Positions 25,925 through 33,925 of a stretch of 37,229 bases of DNA are shown piece by piece (the first letter of the stretch is position 1; each line of letters starts with the position of its first letter). This stretch comes from Candidatus Uhrbacteria bacterium RIFCSPHIGHO2_02_FULL_53_13 (GTDB taxonomy: Bacteria > Patescibacteriota > Patescibacteriia > UBA9934 > UBA11717). A program made the position numbers and the translations under genes. The stretch is from positions 1,787 through 39,015 of the forward strand of contig MGDX01000006.1 in the NCBI GenBank assembly GCA_001791035.1, given 5' to 3'. A model generated the notes under the pieces. That model made no database searches. It had not been told where the DNA came from and was given only the letters and a program-made list of their open reading frames with translations.

Positions 25925-25928
25925 GGGA

Positions 25929-25955
25929 AAGTGAGTGGTGAGGAGTGAGTGGTGC
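25929..25955 (-). repeat. CACTCAC/CACCACT heptamer motif immediately upstream of the topA ATG
   Basis: Minus strand GCACCACTCACTCCTCACCACTCACTTTCCC-ATG; similar motif precedes yqeY. Confidence 0.55.
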
Positions 25956-25980
25956 ATCATGCGCAAACGCGGTGAGATTG

Positions 25981-26856
25981 TCAAACCACGGTGAGCGAAT
26001 ATGTCTGCCGATCAGCCGTCGTGACGCGCCCTTGAAGTTCCAGTTCGGTGAGGACAGCCATCACCTCTCCAATGGGCAGTTGTGTGGCAAAGACAAGGTC
26101 ATCTATAGGCAAGGGGCCATTTTGCAGTGCCGCGGCAATGGCGGATGATTGCGGAGTATTGGCAGGCAGGTTCAGCGTGAGTTGTGTCAAATCGAGCGCG
26201 GTCAAAATGTCCTCAATGGAATTGATGGGGATGGCGCCGTCTTTGATGAGCCGATGCGGACCCTCCGAGAGCGCGGAGTCAATTGGACCGGGCACGGCAA
26301 AGACGAGGCGGTTTTCTTCCATCGCCAAACGCGCGGTGAGCATGGTGCCGGACTTGCCTGTCGCTTCTATGATAACGGTCGCGCGGCTCAAGCCCGCGAT
26401 GAGGCGATTGCGTTTTGGGAACGAGCCGGGATGCGTGGCGGTACCGTCGGGATATTCGGACAGGAGTGTGTTGCCCGTGCTTTCAAGTTGATGTGCAAGT
26501 CCAAGGTGATGTCGAGGTACGATGGAAGCGTCGTCAAGTCCTCCGGGGAGCACGGCGACGGTGCGTCCGTCCGATTCAAGAGCCGCCTTGTGCGCGGCCG
26601 AGTCAACGCCAAACGCGAGGCCCGACACAATCACGGCGCCCGCGCGCGCAAGCGGCGGCACAAGCAAGCGCACGACGCGCGCGCCATACGGACTCATGCG
26701 CCGCGAACCGACGACGCTCACACACAGCGCGTCGTGTGGCGGAAGAACGCCGCGTACAAAAACACGCTGTGGTGGATCGTGGATTTCTTTGAGCAGCGCA
26801 GGGTAGGCCGGATCGTTTTGTAAAATGCTTGAGCGGAGAGATGGTGCATGCGTCAT
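25981..26856 (-). CDS. dprA: DNA-protecting protein DprA (no N-terminal SAM domain apparent)
   Basis: YPALLKEIHDPP, VVGSR..SPYG, VSGLAFGVDSAAH, FPKRNRLIAGLS, VFAVPG, C-terminal winged helix; adjacent to topA. Confidence 0.95.
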   Translation of the reverse strand: MTHAPSLRSSILQNDPAYPALLKEIHDPPQRVFVRGVLPPHDALCVSVVGSRRMSPYGARVVRLLVPPLARAGAVIVSGLAFGVDSAAHKAALESDGRTVAVLPGGLDDASIVPRHHLGLAHQLESTGNTLLSEYPDGTATHPGSFPKRNRLIAGLSRATVIIEATGKSGTMLTARLAMEENRLVFAVPGPIDSALSEGPHRLIKDGAIPINSIEDILTALDLTQLTLNLPANTPQSSAIAAALQNGPLPIDDLVFATQLPIGEVMAVLTELELQGRVTTADRQTYSLTVV

Positions 26857-27458
26857 AGGGTGTTGAGCAGACGGTTGATTTCTGTGGCGGCACGTTTCAC
26901 GACATCGGGAAGCGCGGCCTCTTGCTCTGCGCTCCACGGTTCAAGCACGTAGCGATCAAGCGGCGCGCTCGGGTTTTGCGGGCGGCCGATGCCGATGCGC
27001 ACGCGCCAAAAGTCCTCACTCCCAAGATGAGCGGTGATGGATTTGAGTCCGTTGTGACCGGCGGTGCCTCCACCGTGCTTGACGCGCACATCGCCAAACG
27101 GAAGATCGGCGTCATCATGTACGACGATGCAGCGCTCCGATGGCACATGGAACCAGTCGCATAGCGCGCGCACGGCTTCGCCCGATCGATTCATGAATGT
27201 TTGCGGTTTGGCAAAAACCGCGCTAGCGGTACGCGTCACGAGCGCCTGTGCCTTCTTTTGCGTTTTCCAATCTGACGCAAACGCATCGAGCGCCAAAAAT
27301 CCTGCGTTGTGTCGCGTGTGCTCGTACTTTGCGCTGGGATTGCCCAAGCCAACCACGAGCACGGTCTCACGACGGCTTTTCGGCGATGGCGCGAATGTTG
27401 ATGGGAGTTCCGGTGAATCCGAACGCTTCCCGAAGACGGTTTTCCAAAAAGCGGACAT
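26853..27458 (-). CDS. pth: Peptidyl-tRNA hydrolase
   Basis: VGLGNP..YEHTRHNAGF, KPQTFMNRSG, VVHDD.D, GHNGLKS, RVRIGIGRP; start is ATG 27458 or GTG 27362. Confidence 0.95.
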   Translation of the reverse strand: MSAFWKTVFGKRSDSPELPSTFAPSPKSRRETVLVVGLGNPSAKYEHTRHNAGFLALDAFASDWKTQKKAQALVTRTASAVFAKPQTFMNRSGEAVRALCDWFHVPSERCIVVHDDADLPFGDVRVKHGGGTAGHNGLKSITAHLGSEDFWRVRIGIGRPQNPSAPLDRYVLEPWSAEQEAALPDVVKRAATEINRLLNTL

Positions 27459-28725
27459 AGGAAGGATGAAGAACATCGGCGCGACGGCCTTTCACCAAAA
27501 GACCAAACGTCGGAGGGCGCACGCCGAGCTGGCGAAAGTCGAGCACGGTTGGATGCGCCACGCCTTTTCCGCGCGATGGTTTGTGACGGGCGACGGTTTT
27601 ACGGAGGAATTGCTCCAGCTCTTCCGGCGAGACACGATGGACGCGCTCTTGCATGATTGTATCAAATAGATCGAAGAGCTTGTGGATACGCATACGTTCT
27701 GTGGCGGAAACAGTCAAGAGGGGAGCAAAGCGCAAGTGCGGAAGGGCGCGGCGGATGTCGCGCTCGACCTCGTGCACGGTGGACGGCCCTTTGTCTTGCA
27801 CGAGATCCCATTTATTGAGAGCGATCACGCATCCAACGCCGGCCTCTTGAATCAGGCGACCCAAGCGCATTTCCTGCGCGTCAATATCTTTGCCGGCGTC
27901 CAGAACCAGCACGACGATGTCGGCTTGCCGCAAACGCTCGAGCGATTGTTGCACGCCAGCGTGCTCGATGCCGGCTTGCACGCGCGATTTTCGTCGAATG
28001 CCGGCCGTATCAATGAGCAGATACTCGCGCCCGTCGAACTCCACGAGCGTGTCGTTCGGTTCGCGCGTGGTATGGGCAATGGGCGAAGTGATGAACCGAG
28101 GCTCTCCCAGAATTTCATTGATGATGGACGACTTGCCGACGTTGGGGATGCCCACAAGCGCGATGCGCGGAATCGTTCGAGCTTCTTCAAAGTCAATCGG
28201 CGGACGGCCAAGTATGGCGAGCGCATCAAACACTTCGTCCAGCACGTCCCCAAGACCATTTCCGCGGATGGCGCTCACAGGGTGCGGCAGGCCAAACGGT
28301 AGGTTGTACCAATCGGCGTCAAGCGCCGCGGCGGCTTGGCGATCAGCCTTGTTTCCCACAAGGATGACGGGTTTGTTCAAGCCCTTGAGTTTGCGCGCCA
28401 CCTGTAAATCCTGCTCAAGGACGCCGACCTCCAGATCAACGACGAGCAGAATAACATCCGCTTTTTCCATGGCTATTTCTACTTGATGCGTCACTTCTTG
28501 TTCGAACGCGTCGTGACCCGGATGGTCAAGTCCGCCCGTGTCCACTAACAAAAACTGCGCTCCCCGCCACAAAACGGGAGCTTCTTTGCGATCGCGCGTG
28601 GTGCCGGCCTTAGGCGACACAACGGCGCGGTGCGTTTCCGTCAGGCGGTTGAACAGGGTGGACTTGCCAACGTTGGTTCGACCAAGGAGCGCAACGACGG
28701 GAAGGTTGGAGGTGATGGCTTTCAT
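27367..28725 (-). CDS. der: Ribosome biogenesis GTPase Der (EngA)
   Basis: Two GTPase domains (GRTNVGKSTLFN/DTGG/NKAD and GIPNVGKSS/DTAG/NKWD) and C-terminal KH-like domain (FGFTGTPI). Confidence 0.97.
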   Translation of the reverse strand: MKAITSNLPVVALLGRTNVGKSTLFNRLTETHRAVVSPKAGTTRDRKEAPVLWRGAQFLLVDTGGLDHPGHDAFEQEVTHQVEIAMEKADVILLVVDLEVGVLEQDLQVARKLKGLNKPVILVGNKADRQAAAALDADWYNLPFGLPHPVSAIRGNGLGDVLDEVFDALAILGRPPIDFEEARTIPRIALVGIPNVGKSSIINEILGEPRFITSPIAHTTREPNDTLVEFDGREYLLIDTAGIRRKSRVQAGIEHAGVQQSLERLRQADIVVLVLDAGKDIDAQEMRLGRLIQEAGVGCVIALNKWDLVQDKGPSTVHEVERDIRRALPHLRFAPLLTVSATERMRIHKLFDLFDTIMQERVHRVSPEELEQFLRKTVARHKPSRGKGVAHPTVLDFRQLGVRPPTFGLLVKGRRADVLHPSYVRFLENRLREAFGFTGTPINIRAIAEKPS

Positions 28726-28726
28726 C

Positions 28727-30208
28727 TCATTGCCTTACCAGATAAGAGGAACTTTGTCCAAGAATAATGAGAAAATCCTCCTCGCGTTGTGCGCGGCCGT
28801 CCATGAGTCCTTCGTCGTCGAGCGTTATCGTGCGTGGGGCGATATTGTCGGTAAACAGCCAACCTGTGACCGTCGTTGCCACATCGGCTTTGAGGTATTC
28901 CTGTAGCTCTTTCAGCTCTCTGGGATACGCACCGCCCGAAAAGTCGTAAATGATGGTGTGCGAAAAGTCCCGTGTTTCCGCATTCGCGATGTTTGTGACG
29001 GAAAACCCTTGGCTTTCCAAGAGCAGTGACGTGCGAAACGCGAACCCATTGATGGATGTGCCGTTCTCGATGGCGATGCGCACATTCGCGTTTGAGTGCT
29101 CGGATGGAATAAACGCAAACGCGGACGCCGCTGTTTCTTCAGGTTTTGCCAAGTTGGCGGCAAGCGATCGAATGCTCTGCCAGTCATCATTTTTCGGCAA
29201 AATCACGTATGCTCCGTTCATGGTTGTTTCGTAAAGAAGCCCGTCCGGACTTGTGTCGAGCACGACATGTTGAATCTGATCCTGCTTCACTTCGCTTGCG
29301 TATCGGGCCAAGCGCATCATCTCCCATGTGGAGAGATCGGTGTCTACGTTGTCCGACACCGCCTTGATAAGCTCGCCAATACGCGCGGGGTTTAAAACGG
29401 TTTGAGATGAAAAGAGACGCTCCTTTACGGCCAGGATGATTTTTTGTTGACGCTTGGCGCGCGCAAAGTCGGACCCTTCTCCGTTGGTGCCGTGGCGCGA
29501 TCGTGCAAACATCAGTGCCGTGTCGCCGTCCATGCGTTGCCATCCTTCCTCAAAGCGGATCGTGCGTGTGAGGTAGTCGTCGGTGGGGTAGAGCGAATCC
29601 ACGAATGCGCGTTCCACGTACACGTCTACTCCGCCGAGCGCGTCAATAAAGTCTTCAAAACCGTGAAAATCAACCTTGACGTAATAGTGCACCTCTTGTT
29701 CGAGCATGTCGCCAATCACGTTTGCCGCATATGCGGCGCCGTTTCCCGGGTTCTCCAACTCGCCGAATGCGTTGGCGTGGTTGATTTTGCGCCAGCCCTG
29801 GTCGCCTATCGGAATCGTCAAATCGCGCGGAATGGACAGGAGTCCCACACGGTGTGCCGCCGGATCGAATGTACCGAACATGATCGTGTCCGTGAGCTCG
29901 GGGCCGTCGTGGCCTTCGCCTCCAATGCCGAGCACCACCACGTTGATGCGGCCTTCCGTTTCGCCGACGAGCGGTCGGTCGCCGCTGGTCACAAACGACG
30001 CAATCGATCGCAAAAATCCACGCGGTGTCTCTTGACTCACGTTCAACCAATCAGCGCGCGTGATGGCAAACGAGAACCCAATGCCCACAAGGGCGCCCAC
30101 AAAAACCGTCACAAAAAAGTACGACCCTAATTTCCAAGGGGTCACCGAAGGATCCGGATGGAGATCGAAGTGATCGTCCAAGAGATTGATGCGCGGATCG
30201 TCGTTCAT
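28727..30208 (-). CDS. LCP (LytR-CpsA-Psr) family phosphotransferase with LytR_C domain
   Basis: TM segment, NVVVLG, TDTIM, LSIPRD, KIN.A, FARSRH..SDFARAKRQQ, C-terminal ENGTSINGFA...IILG. Confidence 0.92.
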   Translation of the reverse strand: MNDDPRINLLDDHFDLHPDPSVTPWKLGSYFFVTVFVGALVGIGFSFAITRADWLNVSQETPRGFLRSIASFVTSGDRPLVGETEGRINVVVLGIGGEGHDGPELTDTIMFGTFDPAAHRVGLLSIPRDLTIPIGDQGWRKINHANAFGELENPGNGAAYAANVIGDMLEQEVHYYVKVDFHGFEDFIDALGGVDVYVERAFVDSLYPTDDYLTRTIRFEEGWQRMDGDTALMFARSRHGTNGEGSDFARAKRQQKIILAVKERLFSSQTVLNPARIGELIKAVSDNVDTDLSTWEMMRLARYASEVKQDQIQHVVLDTSPDGLLYETTMNGAYVILPKNDDWQSIRSLAANLAKPEETAASAFAFIPSEHSNANVRIAIENGTSINGFAFRTSLLLESQGFSVTNIANAETRDFSHTIIYDFSGGAYPRELKELQEYLKADVATTVTGWLFTDNIAPRTITLDDEGLMDGRAQREEDFLIILGQSSSYLVRQ

Positions 30209-30305
30209 GGCTTGCATTGTATGGCAAACGGAGTGCTTGCGCAACGCTTGAGCGTTGCAGAAAATCGTGATAGTATGGTTTTCATTAGCGATTCTTTTAT
30301 TTTCC

Positions 30306-30926
30306 ATGCCTCACACTCCTCCATCTTCGTCCGTTCTGCGGTCGTTTCTTGAGCGCTGGGTCGGATCGTCCATTACCGCACTTCTTATTTTTACGATCGA
30401 GATCGTTCAGATCGTGGTGATCGCCGCCGCGATCATTATTCCGGTGCGCTACTTTGTTGTTCAACCATTTGTGGTGCGCGGCGCTTCCATGGAACCGACG
30501 TTTACCGATCGCGAGTATCTGCTTGTGGACGAGATTTCGTACCGATTTCATGAGCCGATTCGCGGAGACGTGGTCGTGTTCCGCTACCCCCTTGATCCGA
30601 GCGAGTTTTTTATCAAGCGCGTGGTGGGCGTTCCGGGCGACACGGTGGATGTGCGCAACGGGAAGATCGTCGTCTCCAACGCGAAACATCCAGATGGCGC
30701 GGTGCTCGACGAATCCTATTTGGGTCCGGCGGGCCATACGGGGCTCGACACCCATGTTGTTCTCAATCTGGACGAGTACTTTCTGCTCGGGGACAATCGG
30801 GGGGCGAGCCTTGACTCACGCAACTTCGGTCCGGTAAAAGAGGAGTTCCTTGTCGGAAAGGTGTGGGTTCGCGGCTGGCCACTCCAGCGATTCGGCGCCT
30901 TCCATCCCCCTGAATACAATTTGTGA
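30306..30926 (+). CDS. lepB: Signal peptidase I
   Basis: GASMEPTF, RGDVVVF, FIKRVVGVPGD, GDNRGASLDSR; start trimmed to MPHTP. Confidence 0.95.
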   Translation: MPHTPPSSSVLRSFLERWVGSSITALLIFTIEIVQIVVIAAAIIIPVRYFVVQPFVVRGASMEPTFTDREYLLVDEISYRFHEPIRGDVVVFRYPLDPSEFFIKRVVGVPGDTVDVRNGKIVVSNAKHPDGAVLDESYLGPAGHTGLDTHVVLNLDEYFLLGDNRGASLDSRNFGPVKEEFLVGKVWVRGWPLQRFGAFHPPEYNL

Positions 30927-30935
30927 ACATCATTT

Positions 30936-32261
30936 ATGGCAACCAAACCAAAAGCGGAGGAAGATACATCCGTACGCAAAGTAAAGACCATTGAATCCGT
31001 TCGCGGAATGAAGGATATTCTTCCGGACGAACAGCCGTACTTTGAATACTTTCGTCGCAAGGCGCAAGAGATTTCCGAGGCCTACTCGTTTGGTCACATT
31101 GACACGCCGATTCTGGAAGACGTAAAGCTCTTTGAGCGAACAGTCGGCAAAATGACGGACATTGTGGAGAAGGAAATGTATGTGTTTGAGGATAAAGGAG
31201 GGCAATTGGTGGCTTTGCGTCCGGAGGCCACGGCAAGCGTGGTGCGCGCGTACATCAATCACGGCATGCTCAATTTACCCCAGCCGGTAAAGCTGTGGTA
31301 TCTGGGACCGATGTATCGTTACGGTCGTCCGCAATCAGGGCGACTACGCCAGTTTTATCAGTACGGGCTTGAAGTGATTGGCGGCGCGGATGCTGTGACG
31401 GACGCGCAGCTCATTTTGATTGCCGTGAAGCTTTTTGAGGATTTGGGAATGAAGGTCAAGGTGGAGATCAATTCTATTGGTACACCGGAGACGCGACAGA
31501 CGTATAAGGTGGAGCTGGTGGCGTTCGCGCGAAAGCATCGCAAGAATTTGTGTGAGGATTGTCAGCGCCGGCTTTCGAAGAGTCCTCTGCGTCTGTTGGA
31601 CTGTAAAGAGGAAGGGTGCCGCGCAGTGATGAAGGAGGCTCCGCAAATTGTGGATTGGCTTGATGAAGCATCCAAAGAGCACTTCATGCAACTCATTGAG
31701 TACTTGGACGAGCTGTCGCTTCCTTATGAGCTCAATCCGCATTTGGTGCGCGGGCTCGATTACTACACGCGCACGGTGTTTGAAATCGTGCCCGATCGCG
31801 GTGATGGCGCCGAACTGGGATCGCAATCATCGCTTGGAGCTGGTGGGCGCTACGACGGATTGGTGGAGCTCATGGGCGGGCGTGAGGAAACACCGGCCGT
31901 AGGGTTTGCTGTCGGTATTGAACGCGCCGTTTTGGAGATGAAGCGCCAAGAAGTGGAGCCGCCGGCATTGCCCGCGCCGCAGATTTTCTTTGCACAGATT
32001 GGCGCAGAGGCGCGTCGGATTGCTTTGCGGCGTTTCGAGGAGATTCGCGCCGCCGGACTCACGGCGGTGGAATCGTTCGGGAAGGCGAGTTTGAAAGCAC
32101 AACTGGAAACCGCCAACCGCAGTGGAGCGCGCTTTACCGTGATTTTGGGGCAAAAGGAAGTGATGGACGGCACCATGATTGTGCGCGACATGGAATCGGG
32201 CGCCCAGGAATCCATCGCGGACGATAAGGTGGTGGAGTATCTCAAGAAGGAACTGAAATAG
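30936..32261 (+). CDS. hisS: Histidine--tRNA ligase
   Basis: RGMKD, KEMY.F.DKGG..ALRPEAT, RYGRPQSGRLRQF.Q, LVRGLDYYT, GGRYDGL. Confidence 0.97.
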   Translation: MATKPKAEEDTSVRKVKTIESVRGMKDILPDEQPYFEYFRRKAQEISEAYSFGHIDTPILEDVKLFERTVGKMTDIVEKEMYVFEDKGGQLVALRPEATASVVRAYINHGMLNLPQPVKLWYLGPMYRYGRPQSGRLRQFYQYGLEVIGGADAVTDAQLILIAVKLFEDLGMKVKVEINSIGTPETRQTYKVELVAFARKHRKNLCEDCQRRLSKSPLRLLDCKEEGCRAVMKEAPQIVDWLDEASKEHFMQLIEYLDELSLPYELNPHLVRGLDYYTRTVFEIVPDRGDGAELGSQSSLGAGGRYDGLVELMGGREETPAVGFAVGIERAVLEMKRQEVEPPALPAPQIFFAQIGAEARRIALRRFEEIRAAGLTAVESFGKASLKAQLETANRSGARFTVILGQKEVMDGTMIVRDMESGAQESIADDKVVEYLKKELK

Positions 32262-32263
32262 AG

Positions 32264-32330
32264 GTATGATGTATCAAGTATCATGTATGGGACGGACTTG
32301 ATGGGGAAGTAAGAATCGAGAATTGGGAAT
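32264..32330 (+). repeat. Short degenerate heptamer tandem repeats after hisS
   Basis: GTATGAT GTATCAA GTATCAT GTATGG and AAGAATC GAGAATT GGGAATA. Confidence 0.5.
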
Positions 32331-32421
32331 ACGGTGGCTAGCATCGAGCATTCTGGGCAACGATTGACGCGTTGTTTTGGGCGTGCTATCATCGTGCCAC
32401 GTTGAAATCAGATGAAAAAAC

Positions 32422-32673
32422 ATGATTGAAGTCAAACGAAAACAAGGCGAGAGCTTCGATGGACTATTCCGTCGCTTTAAGCGTCGCATTTCGCAAAGCG
32501 GAGTGGACCTGGAAGTGCGCAAGCGCAAAGTGCGCGAGCCGGTTCCGAATCGCAACGCCAAGCGAAAGACGAAAGTGCGCGGTATTCGTGTCGCCTCCAA
32601 AATCGAATGGATGATCAAGAGCGGCAAAGCGACCGAAGAGGACTTTCGCCAGAGGCGCAAGCGCCGCCGATAA
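32422..32673 (+). CDS. rpsU: 30S ribosomal protein S21 (bS21)
   Basis: IEVKRKQGESFDGLFRRFKRR; highly basic; upstream of yqeY, matching the common rpsU-yqeY pairing. Confidence 0.85.
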   Translation: MIEVKRKQGESFDGLFRRFKRRISQSGVDLEVRKRKVREPVPNRNAKRKTKVRGIRVASKIEWMIKSGKATEEDFRQRRKRRR

Positions 32674-32707
32674 TCAGAATGGGAGCTTCGGCTCCCGTTT
32701 TGATTTT
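32672..32707 (+). terminator. Terminator hairpin with cUUCGg tetraloop
   Basis: AATCAGAATGGGAGC-TTCG-GCTCCCGTTTTGATT-TT. Confidence 0.75.
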
Positions 32708-32761
32708 GGCATGTTGAGCGTTATACTCTGCACGACTCACCATTCATCACTCACTTTTCCT

Positions 32762-33214
32762 ATGACTATCCAAGAACAACTCAAAGCGCGCCTTATTGCC
32801 TCCATGAAGGAGGGAAAAAAAGACATAGTAGAGATGATTCGCGGGCTCCAGGCGGCGCTCAAGAACAAGCAAATTGAACTTCAGCGAGAGCTCAAGGAGA
32901 GCGAAGTCATTGATGTGCTCAAAATGAACGCGAAGCAACTTAAAGACGCGTTAGGGGATTTTATGCGCGCAGAGCGAAACGATTTGATTTTGAAAACAGA
33001 AAAGGAACTTGATTTGATTGCCGAATATCTTCCGACTCCTTTGGAGCGCGATGAGATTCGCAAGCATGTGGTGAGTTTGGCGGCAGATATTGGAGCGCAG
33101 ACGATGGCGGATATGGGCAAGCTTATGGGCGCGGTGATGAAAGCGGTGGGCGCGGCGGCCAATGGCGACGACGTGCGAGCCGAAGTGGAAGCGTTTTTGA
33201 AAGGGGAGAAATAA
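32762..33214 (+). CDS. yqeY: GatB/YqeY domain protein
   Basis: ALKN..I, E...I..YLP.PL, DMGKLMGAVM; start trimmed to MTIQE. Confidence 0.9.
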   Translation: MTIQEQLKARLIASMKEGKKDIVEMIRGLQAALKNKQIELQRELKESEVIDVLKMNAKQLKDALGDFMRAERNDLILKTEKELDLIAEYLPTPLERDEIRKHVVSLAADIGAQTMADMGKLMGAVMKAVGAAANGDDVRAEVEAFLKGEK

Positions 33215-33280
33215 GGTGGGGCGACACTTCGTATGACTCACACCGGCAGCGCACTTGATTTTTGCAGATATCCCCATTAT

Positions 33281-33441
33281 AGACCCTTTTCAAAATAGCT
33301 CTATTGCCTGCAAAACTCCATCTTTGGCTCCAAGAACCTTTTCGGAATCCTCACCATACTTCCAGTATTCTTCGGATTCCTCAAAGGCCTTTCGCTCAAT
33401 GATGTCGTTTTTCGGCTGTAAATCTATTTTGAAAAAGGTCT
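33281..33441. mobile_element. 161-bp MITE-like element or internally deleted IS remnant
   Basis: 18-bp terminal inverted repeats AGACCCTTTTCAAAATAG / CTATTTTGAAAAAGGTCT (17/18 match), flanked by TAT on both sides (33278-33280, 33442-33444). Confidence 0.7.
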
Positions 33442-33442
33442 T

Positions 33443-33847
33443 ATGAAGCCTCAAAAAATTATCACAGTACTTCTATTGGTACCTGTGACCGGAGCATACG
33501 CTTATTTGACCGTTATGCTTGGATATGAGGCGACCTTTCCCTGGGGGTTCAATCTTCTTTCTGTGCTCTCAATATTTGGTTTACTGGGCTTGATTGGCGT
33601 GTGGCTCTTGTTTCTGAACGATACCTTTGATCGCCGATGGTTGAAAAGATTAACCCTCGTATTGCTCACTTTTGGATTCATTGCTGCTCTATCAGTCTCT
33701 TTCATCATCTTGAAAGTTTCTGATTTTGGGAGGGAGACAGATTTTCCAATCAGCTTGTTGATCCCTTGGGGCTTGGTCATCTTGATGGTGGTTGTTGCAT
33801 TCTACGGCAAAAAAAAATTGTTCAATACGCCATCACACAACGCGTGA
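33443..33847 (+). CDS. AT-rich hypothetical membrane protein with about 4 TM segments
   Basis: 134-aa hydrophobic ORF; visibly lower GC than its neighbours. Confidence 0.7.
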   Translation: MKPQKIITVLLLVPVTGAYAYLTVMLGYEATFPWGFNLLSVLSIFGLLGLIGVWLLFLNDTFDRRWLKRLTLVLLTFGFIAALSVSFIILKVSDFGRETDFPISLLIPWGLVILMVVVAFYGKKKLFNTPSHNA

Positions 33848-33925
33848 TATTTGCACGAAGAACTATCCCCAGCGTTGTGCTTACGGATTCGGTCGTGAGA
33901 GGGTAGAATAAACACAAATACACAC

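Noticed and set aside
3247..33441. CRISPR array or DGR interpretation of the short repeats
   Set aside because: No regularly spaced identical repeats with unique spacers, no cas or reverse transcriptase gene, and no TR/VR pair seen.
33255..33446. 63-aa plus-strand ORF before the membrane gene
   Set aside because: TTG start, lies almost entirely within the MITE-like element, and has no protein motif.
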